Origin: Pseudomonadota bacterium
Lineage (GTDB): Bacteria > Pseudomonadota > Gammaproteobacteria > JAKAQQ01
Reading direction: 5' to 3'
Length of the DNA: 64,000 bases
Assembly (NCBI GenBank): GCA_027320085.1
Contig: DAHVLZ010000009.1
Coordinates: 330,666 to 394,665 of the forward strand
A program made the translations under genes and the position numbers. Positions 34,267 through 43,996 of the stretch are shown here, one piece after another. Every line of letters starts with the position of its first letter. The first letter of the stretch is position 1. A model generated the notes under the pieces. It saw only the letters and a list, made by a program, of their open reading frames with translations, was not told where the DNA came from and searched no databases.

Positions 34267-35198
34267 TGATCAAGGCCCATGGCATTCAGACGGATATCGA
34301 AAGGAAGCAGCTGTTCGTAGACAGTGATCGCATCGGCAACTCCATGTTCCTTCAGGCGGTTAACCGTATGCAGTTGGAGCGCACTAAAAATAGCTTCATG
34401 TCTCTCTGGCGCATCGCGATACTTTTTCGCCGTTTCTTCATAAAAATCGATCTCTACACGAAGGGTTTGGGCCAGTGCCTCAAGAAAGCGGTCGACCCGA
34501 CTGTAATGCGCAAGGAATATCCTCTGTGGACTGACCGTCATAATGCGGTTCAGCGTTACGCGTGCCTCTAACGGATCAAACTGCGTTGGTGTCGTGGTGG
34601 GGAAAACAAAAGAACCTTTTTTTGTCTCGAGTTCCCGATAAGCGATGCCAAAACAATCGCCCGCAAAAACCCCCTGGCTTTGTGGGTCGTAAAGACAGAA
34701 ATGGTGCCGTGCATGTCCCTCGGTATGCCAGATTTCAAGCCGTGTATCGCCGAGAATCATCCATTCCCCATCCTCCACGCTCTGGATCCGCTCTTCCGGG
34801 ATTGGAACAAGATGCCCGAAAAGTTGGGCGAATGCATCGTTTCCATAAACCGCTCGCGTGGCGGTCTCCAACCGTCCCGGATCGATCATGTGAGGCACCC
34901 CACGCGGATGTAGAACGGCCCGAGCGTTTGGGAGCATCCTCATCAACTCTCCAGCCCCACCCGCGTGATCGAGATGAACATGGGTAATGAACAGATAGCG
35001 AACCTGCGAGGCACTCAGACCGAAATGATCTAGTGCACCCAGCAGACGGGGAACCGCTGAGTTGGCGCCTACATCGACGAATGCAGCCTCACCCTTCCGG
35101 ACAAGCAGGTGGCTGGCCATCGCCCCGGGGCGGAAATATCCCGAGTCAATGGCATGGATGCCATCTCTGTACGATTCGATCTCTGGAGGTCCACTCAT
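34245..35198 (-). CDS. MBL-fold metallo-hydrolase
   Basis: THVHLDHAGG, GHARHH, FAGD, LAHY; ATGA-coupled to gpx. Confidence 0.88.
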   Translation of the reverse strand: MSGPPEIESYRDGIHAIDSGYFRPGAMASHLLVRKGEAAFVDVGANSAVPRLLGALDHFGLSASQVRYLFITHVHLDHAGGAGELMRMLPNARAVLHPRGVPHMIDPGRLETATRAVYGNDAFAQLFGHLVPIPEERIQSVEDGEWMILGDTRLEIWHTEGHARHHFCLYDPQSQGVFAGDCFGIAYRELETKKGSFVFPTTTPTQFDPLEARVTLNRIMTVSPQRIFLAHYSRVDRFLEALAQTLRVEIDFYEETAKKYRDAPERHEAIFSALQLHTVNRLKEHGVADAITVYEQLLPFDIRLNAMGLDHWISRQP

Positions 35199-35704
35199 GA
35201 CTGCAATCCATTGAACAACTGACCCGCAGGCGGAAGTGCAAGAAGAAGTTCGGTTTCGAGAGTGGCAGGTTCCACCTCTGATGGAAACCGGGCTATCAGA
35301 CGACCCTGTGGACCCACGAGGAATTTCTCGAAGTTCCACCGGACATCACCAGGGAAACCCTGCTGGGTATCGAGGAGCCAGGCAAACAGAGCATGACGGC
35401 CAGTCCCATTGACTTCTAACTTGCGGGTTAACGGGAACGTGACGTGATAACGATCCCGGCAGAAAGTAAGAATCTCCGGCTCTGCGCCCGGTTCCTGGCC
35501 ACCAAACTGATTGCAGGGGATGCCGAGAAGGCAAAAACCACGCTCGTGATGGCGGAGATAAAGAGCCTCAAGGCCTTGGTACTGCGGCGTATAACCACAA
35601 CGGCTCGCCACGTTGACCACAAGTACGGTTTTCCCACGGTAGTCTCCAAAACGGATCGTTCTTCCGTCAATTCCCTCGATTTCAATATCGTAAAACCGAC
35701 TCAT
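35195..35704 (-). CDS. btuE: Glutathione peroxidase (Cys-type)
   Basis: [31 protein letters not shown]. Confidence 0.9.
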   Translation of the reverse strand: MSRFYDIEIEGIDGRTIRFGDYRGKTVLVVNVASRCGYTPQYQGLEALYLRHHERGFCLLGIPCNQFGGQEPGAEPEILTFCRDRYHVTFPLTRKLEVNGTGRHALFAWLLDTQQGFPGDVRWNFEKFLVGPQGRLIARFPSEVEPATLETELLLALPPAGQLFNGLQS

Positions 35705-37674
35705 GAAACTTTCTCACTCGATTCCGGTTGCTGAAGCATCGGGAGTATCTGATGGTCCGGCACTTCGCTCCGCCGCAGATAAACTAAAAGCAAAGCAAGC
35801 GCGGCAGGTGTCATCCCATCAATCGCGGAAGCCTCCTGCAGGGTTTTTGGGCGAGCGAGACGGAGTTTCGTGGCCAACTCCCGGGATAGACCAGGTACTC
35901 GATCAAAATCGAAATGGTGTGGGAATTGCCGTTTGAGCTCCCGTTCAAGACGTTGGCGCTCGAGCCGCTGGCGGTCGAGATACCCCGCATAACGCAGCTC
36001 GATCTCGATACCGAGACCGATCCGTGGGTCATCAAGTCCAGGTCCGAGACCGGGAAACGTCATAAGTCGTGCGTAATTGAGTTCCGGCCGACGGAGGAGA
36101 TCAAGCGCCGAAGTGGATTCCTCCAGACGAATCCCGAAGTCTGACGCCACTTGCTGAACTTCTGGATCTAGGGGATTGATCGCCCAGCACGCCAATCGCT
36201 CCTGTTCGGCGGTTGCCTGTCGGGCTCTCTCCTCGAAAATCCGCCATTGGATGTCGCTAATCAAACCAAGGGTACGCGCGACCGGCGTCAGACGCTGGTC
36301 CGCATTGTCACTCCGCAGAAAAAGCCGGTATTCGGCACGGCTTGTGAACATTCGATAGGGTTCCCGTGTCCCCCGCACCGTCAGATCGTCAATCAAGACT
36401 CCGATGTAACTATTCTCCCGTTGTGGATACCAAAGATCCCGGCCGGATGCCCGGAGCGCCGCATTGATCCCGGCCACAAGCCCTTGTGCTGCTGCTTCCT
36501 CGTAACCTGTCGTTCCATTGATCTGTCCGGCAAAGAACAGGCTGGTCAATTGACGGGTCTCGAGCGTGTGGTAGAGGTTCCGGGGATCAAAATAATCGTA
36601 CTCGATGGCATATCCAGGCCGGGTCAGGTGGGCTTGCTCAAGTCCAGGAATGGTTCGTACAAAGGCCTGCTGTACATCAAAAGGCAGACTGGTCGAGATG
36701 CCGTTGGGATACAGTTCGGGCGTGTCCAGCCCTTCGGGTTCAAGAAAGATCTGGTGGCGGGTCCGATCGACAAAGCGGGTCACCTTGTCCTCGATCGACG
36801 GACAGTAACGGGGGCCGATTCCCTCGATCGCGCCGCTAAACATTGGTGACCGACCGAGGTTATCTCGAATGATCTCGTGTGTTTCCTCGTTGGTATATGT
36901 AATGTGGCAGACGACTTGGTGCAGTGTATCGGGAGGGGCGGATGTAAAAGAAAAGTATGGGGGGGGAGATTCCCCCTCCTGACGTTCAAGGCGGGAAAAA
37001 TCGACCGTGCGACCATCAATACGAGGTGGCGTACCAGTCTTCAGCCGACCAACGGGCAAGGAAAGTTCGCGCAATCGTGTGGCCAAACGGTTGGACGGAG
37101 GGTCCCCGAAACGTCCACCGCTCAACTGTGCCTCACCGACATGAATGCGTCCACCCAAAAAGGTGCCGACGGTCAGGACAATTGACGGGGCGAAAAAACA
37201 ACAGTCAAACTCAGTTCGTACCCCTAACACCCGATCCCGTTCCATGAGGAGATCAGCGACTGACTGCTGGGCTATCCAAAGCCCCGGGGTCGTCTCGAGT
37301 CTTCGGCGAATGGCTTGCCTGTAAAGCACCCGATCACATTGGGCACGGACCGCGCGGACGGCGTATCCCTTACTCGCATTGAGTGTCCGCCAATGGATAC
37401 CGGCTTGGTCTGCAGCCCATCCCATGATTCCACCCATGGCATCGATTTCCCGGACAAGGTGCCCCTTGCCGATCCCGCCCACTGCCGGATTACAGCTCAT
37501 CTGTCCCAAGGTTTCGATGTTCTGCGTCAAAAGAAGGGTCAGGGCACCCATCCGAGCTGCAGCATGGGCAGCCTCTGTTCCGGCATGCCCACCCCCTATG
37601 ACAATGACGTCGTAGTGCACCTCGGCACTCGCTCTGGATTGATACATAGATCCACCCTCTGCTCTATTTATCAT
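35701..37674 (-). CDS. mnmG: tRNA cmnm5U34 synthesis enzyme MnmG/GidA (start may be 37647)
   Basis: [56 protein letters not shown]. Confidence 0.98.
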   Translation of the reverse strand: MINRAEGGSMYQSRASAEVHYDVIVIGGGHAGTEAAHAAARMGALTLLLTQNIETLGQMSCNPAVGGIGKGHLVREIDAMGGIMGWAADQAGIHWRTLNASKGYAVRAVRAQCDRVLYRQAIRRRLETTPGLWIAQQSVADLLMERDRVLGVRTEFDCCFFAPSIVLTVGTFLGGRIHVGEAQLSGGRFGDPPSNRLATRLRELSLPVGRLKTGTPPRIDGRTVDFSRLERQEGESPPPYFSFTSAPPDTLHQVVCHITYTNEETHEIIRDNLGRSPMFSGAIEGIGPRYCPSIEDKVTRFVDRTRHQIFLEPEGLDTPELYPNGISTSLPFDVQQAFVRTIPGLEQAHLTRPGYAIEYDYFDPRNLYHTLETRQLTSLFFAGQINGTTGYEEAAAQGLVAGINAALRASGRDLWYPQRENSYIGVLIDDLTVRGTREPYRMFTSRAEYRLFLRSDNADQRLTPVARTLGLISDIQWRIFEERARQATAEQERLACWAINPLDPEVQQVASDFGIRLEESTSALDLLRRPELNYARLMTFPGLGPGLDDPRIGLGIEIELRYAGYLDRQRLERQRLERELKRQFPHHFDFDRVPGLSRELATKLRLARPKTLQEASAIDGMTPAALALLLVYLRRSEVPDHQILPMLQQPESSEKVS

Positions 37675-37746
37675 ATCGTGTCTCTCAACCCGGGATCAGG
37701 GCATGCCCCCTGATCTACGGCGCCTTTGATCATCGTCTGTAACCGT

Positions 37747-37768
37747 CGAGACTATACCGAGACTATAC
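37747..37768. repeat. Perfect 11-bp tandem duplication CGAGACTATAC x2
   Basis: Direct read; each unit contains a minus-strand TATAGT -10-like hexamer facing mnmG. Confidence 0.8.
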
Positions 37769-37866
37769 TTGTTTGACAGCAGACCCAATTACCCGGATGC
37801 CATTAAAATTACCCTGACACAACCCATTACAAACCGGTCTCAGCACTGCAACCGGAGGAGGTATCC

Positions 37867-38343
37867 ATGTCTACACGAACGAGAGTGCTTGCCATCACTC
37901 TTCCCATCGTGACCCTTATTCTCCTGGGGATTCCTTGGAGTACGGCTCGAATCACACCCGTGGACCCCCCGCACACTCCCCCTCGGGTTCTGCCGTGGGC
38001 GCCGGTTCCCATGCTGATGCCCATTGTCTGGCATAGTGCGGTCGAACTGCGTCTGACCCTCCCACAGGAAAACAGCCTCTTGAAGTGGCGGGATGATCAG
38101 CTGCGCACATGGGCCACCTATCGCCACCAGTTCATACAAGACAACCTAGCCCTCAGAAAGGCCTTACTGGATGGCAAGCCGGAAAACGCCCTGAATACTC
38201 TCGTGGCCGCCGTGCACAAAGATCAAACCCGAATGCTTGATACCGGGATCGACCAGGTGGAATACCTGCACCGGCTCCTCACCCCAAAGCAGTGGAAACG
38301 ACTGATTGCGCTCTACCGGCTCCGGAAGATGCGAGGAGGGTAG
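37867..38343 (+). CDS. Spy/CpxP-family periplasmic protein
   Basis: GGAGGAGG SD, signal/TM segment, Pro-rich linker, LTLPQ and LLTPKQW (LTxxQ) motifs. Confidence 0.72.
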   Translation: MSTRTRVLAITLPIVTLILLGIPWSTARITPVDPPHTPPRVLPWAPVPMLMPIVWHSAVELRLTLPQENSLLKWRDDQLRTWATYRHQFIQDNLALRKALLDGKPENALNTLVAAVHKDQTRMLDTGIDQVEYLHRLLTPKQWKRLIALYRLRKMRGG

Positions 38344-38469
38344 CACCGACGATTCATCCATCGGTAAACGGCTAGAAATCCTTAGCGGAGAAAATAGCCG
38401 TAGGCTACTCACCCTATTCACAACTGCGGGCTCCAGAATCCTTCTGGTGGAAGGATTTCCCGGACCCAT

Positions 38470-39813
38470 TCACTTGCCGATACAGAAAGTGGAAAAGATC
38501 GCCCCCAAGAGCGCTTCGGTTTCCGGTGGATCAAGAATTTGCCCTAGCGCTACTTGTGCCCGTCGAACCCCCTCGGCCATGAGCTCGAAAGGCTCATTGC
38601 GTTCTAGAGCAATTCGTGCCATGCGGATTTCCTGCCGGCACAGCGACAACGCATCCAGATGACGAGGACGGGCGAGCAGGAGATCCGTTGACCCGTCAGT
38701 TGCCGAGCGAACCTCGTCCAAGATGGCGGTTTGGAGTTCAGCAACCCCCTCCCCAGTTTCAGCGGACAGTGCAAAGGACTGGGCATCCTCGCGTCCTGGT
38801 TTCCGTCCGCTCCGGTCGATCTGATTGTGGATTCTCCAGATCGGACGGTATCCCACCCATTGTCGCTGCCGGCTATCGTCCTCCGGATGCCAACCCACGG
38901 TATCGTCGATTACGTGGAGCACAAGATGGGCCCGTTCCACAGCATTCAAGGCTCGGCGAATCCCTTCTTGTTCGATTGGATCCCGAGATTCCCGAAAGCC
39001 AGCCGAATCAATAATATGCAGGCGCATCCCTTCCCATATGCAATCGGCCTCAAGGAGATCCCGTGTTGTTCCAGGCAGTGGGGTGACGATGGCCTTCGAC
39101 TCACCGACAAAACGATTGAACAAAGTGGATTTTCCAGCGTTGACGGGCCCAGCCAGAACAACGGTCCAACCCTGTCTCAGAGTCATTCCTGCCTCTCCGC
39201 GATTAATAAGCCGACCCAGATCTCCTTCGAGAGCCTCAAGGACAGAAGCGGTAGCAGAGGATGATGAAGGCACCACCTCTTCTCCGAAATCGATCTGGGC
39301 CTCGGCTTGGACCCGAAGAGCCTGGATCCGCTCCCCGAGACAGCGGACCTCCTGTGAGAAAACACCAGAAAGCGATTTGAGCGCGGCACGGGCAGCAGCT
39401 CGACTTTCAGCATTGATAAGATCCGCGACAGCTTCAGCTTGAGCAAGGTCCAAGCGACCATTCAGAAACGCACGCTCGGAAAATTCACCCGGCCGGGCCA
39501 ATCGAGCTCCCTGCTCGCAGAACACCTGAATCAAAGCTTCGACCGTAACCGGACTTCCATGACCCTGGAACTCGACCAGGTCCTCTCCCGTGTACGAGTG
39601 AGGCCGTACGAAACGGATGACCAAGCCGGAATCGATCTCGCAGTTCTGCGTATCGCGGAACATTCGAACCCGGGCCATCTGGGGAGGAGGGAGTGAACCC
39701 GCAACCCGTTCGGCCAAGACGAATGACCCCTCGCCGCTCAACCGCACAATGCTCACGGCGCCAATTCCTGCTGGTGTGGCCCCGGCAACTATAATGTCGC
39801 GCCTTATGGTCAT
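38470..39813 (-). CDS. mnmE: tRNA modification GTPase MnmE
   Basis: SYTGEDLVE, ARPGEFSERAFLNG, GPVNAGKS, PGTTRD, C-terminal FCIGK. Confidence 0.97.
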   Translation of the reverse strand: MTIRRDIIVAGATPAGIGAVSIVRLSGEGSFVLAERVAGSLPPPQMARVRMFRDTQNCEIDSGLVIRFVRPHSYTGEDLVEFQGHGSPVTVEALIQVFCEQGARLARPGEFSERAFLNGRLDLAQAEAVADLINAESRAAARAALKSLSGVFSQEVRCLGERIQALRVQAEAQIDFGEEVVPSSSSATASVLEALEGDLGRLINRGEAGMTLRQGWTVVLAGPVNAGKSTLFNRFVGESKAIVTPLPGTTRDLLEADCIWEGMRLHIIDSAGFRESRDPIEQEGIRRALNAVERAHLVLHVIDDTVGWHPEDDSRQRQWVGYRPIWRIHNQIDRSGRKPGREDAQSFALSAETGEGVAELQTAILDEVRSATDGSTDLLLARPRHLDALSLCRQEIRMARIALERNEPFELMAEGVRRAQVALGQILDPPETEALLGAIFSTFCIGK

Positions 39814-39820
39814 CGACTGA

Positions 39821-41491
39821 TCAGCGGTGGGCTTTTGCTGCCTCGCGCATCACAACCCGATTGATGTGCCATTGCTGACCAATCCCGAACAGTCCGCTCA
39901 CAACCCAGTAAAGGACGAGACCACTCGGCATCACACTGGCCAAGAGTGTTGTGACAAGCGGCAAAAACACCATGAGAATACGCCTCTGGTTCTTGTCCAT
40001 TGTCGCCGCTTGTGGCATGACCCGCTGCTGGACCAGCATGGTCAGTCCATAAAAAACCGGCATGATGTACAGCGGGTCTGGGGCCGACAGATCGCGGATC
40101 CAGAACATGAATGGCGCATGCCGGAGCTCAACACTCGCAAGCAGAACCCAATAGAGCGCAATGTAAATGGGAAATTGAACCACCATAGGCAAACAGCCTG
40201 AAACTGGATTTATTTTTTCTTTCTTGAAAAGCTCGAGAGTCGCCCGGTAGCTTTGCTCACGGTCGTCCTTAAAGCGTTCCTGGATGGCCTTGATACGAGG
40301 CTGCACGGCTTGAATCCGTGCCATAGAGCGACCACCCTTATGCTGAAGCGGGAAGAAAAGCAGCTTGATCAACAATACAAGCAGGATGATCGCGATCCCC
40401 CAGTTGCCAACCCACTGCTGGATCCATGACAAGATGAGGTAGAGCGGTTGCGATAAAACAGCAAGAAAACCATAGTCCACCGTCTGGGCTAATCCCGGGG
40501 CAATGGCTCCCAGATGCCTCTGCCGCTTGGGTCCAACATAAAGCTCGACCCGTCCACGAACTTGCTGGCCTGGCAGGATGCGATTCCCAGGCCCAAGAGC
40601 GCCTAGCCAGTAATGCGTCTTGGAAAGAGAGCGGGCATAGTAGTGCCAAGGGGTTTTCGCGGGCGGGATCAGAGCAGCCAGAAAATAATGGTTGGTATAG
40701 GCAATCCAGCCGCCAGCCCGAAGCATCGTGAACGTTTTTTTCTGAATCCGGGAATGGGAAAGTTCGTGGTAAGCCTTTCCGTTGTAGTACGCGGCACCCC
40801 GATAGATAAAGTTCTGCGGCAAGAAGTGTCCCAGAAATGAAACGTGGACGGTGGGGCGGGCGTGTTCCAAGCCCATGAGTGGCGCACCCGACCAAGGTGA
40901 ACTGGAAAGGTTAACTACTGTGCTCTCCACACGGATGCGATAGCTCCGGGGATAAAAAAACCAACGTTCCTCAATTCGGATCCCATGATCTGTCCAGACC
41001 AGAGGAACCATAAGCGTACGAGAACCAGATCTCAAAACGTAGCGTCGATGGGCGCTTTTAAACTCTCCGGTCAGCCCGGGAGCATCTGAACCCTTGAGCC
41101 CGACCCAGGTAACCATGCCCATCAGGCGTCTTTTACCATGATCATCAAACCAGTCCACCGGTGGACTGTTCGCCGCCAGAGTCTTGGGGTAATGCACCAG
41201 TTCGAGGTGACGGAGCCGGCCTCCCGCGAGATCTAGGCGTATTCGGTAGAGGTCAGTCTGGATACGAACAATCCCACCCGGGTGCCTGTGGACAACTACC
41301 GGGATCGCTCGGGGAGCTTCGGTAACTGACGACACCCTTGGCAAAACAGAAGTATGGGAAGACTGGGCAGCTATATGGGTGGAAGCAACTGTCACGGCGG
41401 GAGGTCTTGAAAACTCAAGCTCCCATGCGTTCCACATCAGGTAAACCACGGCCGCAAGACTCAGCCAAAGCAGGAGACGACGGTTATCCAC
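39821..41491 (-). CDS. yidC: Membrane protein insertase YidC
   Basis: LYVGPK, VDYG, GNWGIAIILL, INPVSGCLP, VELRHAPF..WIRDLS.PDP. Confidence 0.97.
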   Translation of the reverse strand: MDNRRLLLWLSLAAVVYLMWNAWELEFSRPPAVTVASTHIAAQSSHTSVLPRVSSVTEAPRAIPVVVHRHPGGIVRIQTDLYRIRLDLAGGRLRHLELVHYPKTLAANSPPVDWFDDHGKRRLMGMVTWVGLKGSDAPGLTGEFKSAHRRYVLRSGSRTLMVPLVWTDHGIRIEERWFFYPRSYRIRVESTVVNLSSSPWSGAPLMGLEHARPTVHVSFLGHFLPQNFIYRGAAYYNGKAYHELSHSRIQKKTFTMLRAGGWIAYTNHYFLAALIPPAKTPWHYYARSLSKTHYWLGALGPGNRILPGQQVRGRVELYVGPKRQRHLGAIAPGLAQTVDYGFLAVLSQPLYLILSWIQQWVGNWGIAIILLVLLIKLLFFPLQHKGGRSMARIQAVQPRIKAIQERFKDDREQSYRATLELFKKEKINPVSGCLPMVVQFPIYIALYWVLLASVELRHAPFMFWIRDLSAPDPLYIMPVFYGLTMLVQQRVMPQAATMDKNQRRILMVFLPLVTTLLASVMPSGLVLYWVVSGLFGIGQQWHINRVVMREAAKAHR

Positions 41492-41750
41492 GGTTAGGGA
41501 TTCCTCTCAGCCGGCCCGGCGGAACCGGATCTTCACCACCTTCCGACCAGGGATTGCACCGTGCGAGGCGCCATAGGATGAGTACCATCCCCCGAAAGAG
41601 GCCATGCTCCCGGAGAACACCTTCGGCATAAGCAGAGCAGGTAGGCTCGAAGCAGCATTGCCCGCCCCAGACCGGACTTCCCCAGCGCTGGTAAAAATGG
41701 ATCAGCGTGATCAGGACTGAGGAGATCCCGTGGATTCTACTTTTCGCCAT
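41484..41750 (-). CDS. yidD: Membrane protein insertion efficiency factor
   Basis: YQ..SP...CCFEPTCSAYA, RLARCNPW..GGEDPVP. Confidence 0.92.
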   Translation of the reverse strand: MAKSRIHGISSVLITLIHFYQRWGSPVWGGQCCFEPTCSAYAEGVLREHGLFRGMVLILWRLARCNPWSEGGEDPVPPGRLRGIPNRG

Positions 41751-42070
41751 AGTTTCTTGACATCTTCATATAGTGCCTGCCGTTCTGCGCCCCGACCACC
41801 AGACTTGGCTACGAGCACGATATCGAGTTGACAACGGTCTAGCTCCTTGAGGAGTCGAAAGGTCTGCCGGGCTTGGCGCTTGATGAGATTTCTGCGGACT
41901 GCAAGCCCAGCAGATTTTCTAGAGATTGCAAGACCCAAACGCGAGCCTGGACCTGAGCCTGGCAACACGAAAGCCACGAAAAACTGGCTATGGACTTTCG
42001 TTCCGTTCTCGAAAACCCGTTCAAATTCCTCGGGCCGGGTCAGTCGATTCCCGCAATTTTTCGACCCCAA
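41711..42070 (-). CDS. rnpA: RNase P protein component
   Basis: RL...EF..VF, RLGLAISRK...AVRRNLIKR..R. Confidence 0.93.
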   Translation of the reverse strand: MGSKNCGNRLTRPEEFERVFENGTKVHSQFFVAFVLPGSGPGSRLGLAISRKSAGLAVRRNLIKRQARQTFRLLKELDRCQLDIVLVAKSGGRGAERQALYEDVKKLWRKVESTGSPQS

Positions 42071-42088
42071 GGAACTGGGCCAGCCTCG

Positions 42089-42223
42089 TCAGGGAATCAG
42101 GCGATGTCGTCCTTTCCTTCGACGTGACTGGAGCACGGCACGACCCTGACGGGTAGCCATGCGGGCACGAAAACCATGAGTCCGCTTACGGTGGAGATTG
42201 CTCGGTTGAAAGGTGCGTTTCAT
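42089..42223 (-). CDS. rpmH: 50S ribosomal protein L34
   Basis: [33 protein letters not shown] (44 aa). Confidence 0.98.
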   Translation of the reverse strand: MKRTFQPSNLHRKRTHGFRARMATRQGRAVLQSRRRKGRHRLIP

Positions 42224-42301
42224 GCCCTTGGCCCCATCATCCTCATTGTTCGAGCATCCAGAAACGCCCGAACACCCAAAAAATTGGAAAAGAAAGTAGG
42301 C

Positions 42302-42330
42302 ATTGTACGGATCTGCGCGCCGGAACTCAA
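42302..42330 (-). promoter_or_regulatory. sigma70 promoter of rpmH
   Basis: TTGAGT-N17-TACAAT on the minus strand. Confidence 0.65.
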
Positions 42331-42399
42331 GCCCTACAGGGAATGCCCCACTCAACCCAACGGAAGTCCAAGCATTCCCGGGAAATGGTTCGCCTCAAG

Positions 42400-42455
42400 T
42401 TGGCAACCTTCTTTCCTGTTGCTAGACTTGACGAATAGGTCTTCGTCGATCCACA
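42400..42455 (+). promoter_or_regulatory. Putative dnaA promoter with a downstream degenerate DnaA box
   Basis: TTGGCA-N17-TAGACT with extended TG; CGATCCACA at 42447-42455 matches the box at 7/9. Confidence 0.5.
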
Positions 42456-42477
42456 AAACCGCTGAGCCCGATTCCGC

Positions 42478-43803
42478 ATGACTTCCGGAATATGGAACCA
42501 CTGTCTGGATGCGCTCAAGAATGAGCTTTGTCATGAGGATTTCTCTCGCTGGATCTCCCCTCTGCAGTGTCACGAGTCTGGGGGTGAACTTCATCTCTTC
42601 GCTCCGAATGTCATTGTTGCAGATTGGGTCCACGACAACTGTTTGGACCGGATCCAAGCCTTGGTCCTTGAACTGAGCGGACCCCATTCCCCGAGAGTTC
42701 AGATTCTCATTGGAAAGTCTTCTCCTGAAACACATAACCACGGTAGCAGTAAAGCTGCGATCCGCCCTCGCGAGGAAATGATAGGAAGCCCTTGGAACCG
42801 GGATTACATCTTTGAAAACTTCGTTGAGGGGAAATGCAACCAGATCGCTAGGGCGGCAGCTCTACAGGTCGCCGAACATCCTGGAACAGCCTACAATCCA
42901 CTTTTGATCTATGGAGGGGTGGGGCTCGGGAAAACCCACCTCATGCAGGCTGTCGGGCACCGCATGAACACACAAACAGGCCGGAATCGCGTGGCCTACG
43001 TCCACTCGGAACGTTTTGTCGCAGATATGGTTGGAGCCCTCCGCCACAACACGATGAGTGAGTTTAAGAAACGGTATCGATCCCTCGATGCCCTTTTCAT
43101 TGATGACATCCAGTTTTTTGCCGGAAAGGACCGTTCACAAGAGGAATTCTTCCATACCCTAAACAACCTGATCGATGGCCATCACCAGGTCATCATCAGC
43201 TGTGACCGTTATCCCAAGGAAGTCGAGGGTCTTGAAGAACGACTCAAGTCACGTTTCAGCTGGGGACTAACCGTCGAAATCGAGCCCCCGGAACTAGAGA
43301 CTAGCGTGGCTATCCTGTCCCGGAAAGCGGAGCGTTTGGGAGTTGATTTACCCCATGAAGTCGCTTTCTTTATAGCCCAGCTCATTCGCTCTAATGTCCG
43401 TGAACTCGAGGGGGCCCTCCATCGGATTATGGCCTATGCGCAGTTTACTGGACAGAAGGTCACGGTAGCCTTGAGCAAGGAGGCACTCCGTGATCTGATC
43501 TCCCTCCAGCAGCGTCAGGTTAGCTTGGAAAACATCCAGCGGACCGTAGCGGCCTATTTCCGGATCCGAACGTCCGACTTAGAATCGAAAAGCCGGAAGC
43601 GTTCCGTTGTCCGGCCCCGCCAGATTGCAATGAGTCTAGCCAAGGACCTGACTGATCACAGTCTCCCCGAAATCGGGCATGCCTTTGGCGGTCGGGACCA
43701 CACGACCGTCCTCCACGCGTGTTCAAAAATAAGCGAACTTAAGAAAACTGATCCCCGCTTGAGCGATGATTACGAAAATCTCATTAGAACCTTGACAGGG
43801 TAA
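42478..43803 (+). CDS. dnaA: Replication initiator DnaA
   Basis: [41 protein letters not shown]. Confidence 0.99.
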   Translation: MTSGIWNHCLDALKNELCHEDFSRWISPLQCHESGGELHLFAPNVIVADWVHDNCLDRIQALVLELSGPHSPRVQILIGKSSPETHNHGSSKAAIRPREEMIGSPWNRDYIFENFVEGKCNQIARAAALQVAEHPGTAYNPLLIYGGVGLGKTHLMQAVGHRMNTQTGRNRVAYVHSERFVADMVGALRHNTMSEFKKRYRSLDALFIDDIQFFAGKDRSQEEFFHTLNNLIDGHHQVIISCDRYPKEVEGLEERLKSRFSWGLTVEIEPPELETSVAILSRKAERLGVDLPHEVAFFIAQLIRSNVRELEGALHRIMAYAQFTGQKVTVALSKEALRDLISLQQRQVSLENIQRTVAAYFRIRTSDLESKSRKRSVVRPRQIAMSLAKDLTDHSLPEIGHAFGGRDHTTVLHACSKISELKKTDPRLSDDYENLIRTLTG

Positions 43804-43996
43804 AAACAGTGCATAACTCCTGCAGGACATCTCCTCTCTGTTTAATGGGTATCTTCCTACACAGTTTATCCACAACAGATACCCATCTTCGCAGGAGCCA
43901 CATTTCCCTACTCAATCAGTCCCCAAATCACTGGACAAAATACTTGTCCACTCGTACTACTAACACCACTGAGTTAAAACTGAAGAGTAATTATTT
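43804..43996. other. Probable oriC in the dnaA-dnaN spacer
   Basis: Perfect TTATCCACA at 43866-43874. Degenerate boxes at 43808-43816 (reverse) and 43944-43952, the latter followed by GTA CTA CTA trio-like repeats and an AT-rich tail. Dominant gene orientation switches at the nearby rpmH/dnaA junction, and parS sites lie within ~2.3 kb. Confidence 0.7.

Noticed and set aside
35195-35704. Selenocysteine glutathione peroxidase
   Set aside because: The active-site codon is TGT (Cys), and there is no in-frame TGA.
37675-37866. E. coli-type oriC upstream of mnmG/gidA
   Set aside because: No DnaA boxes, 13-mers or GATC clustering were seen.
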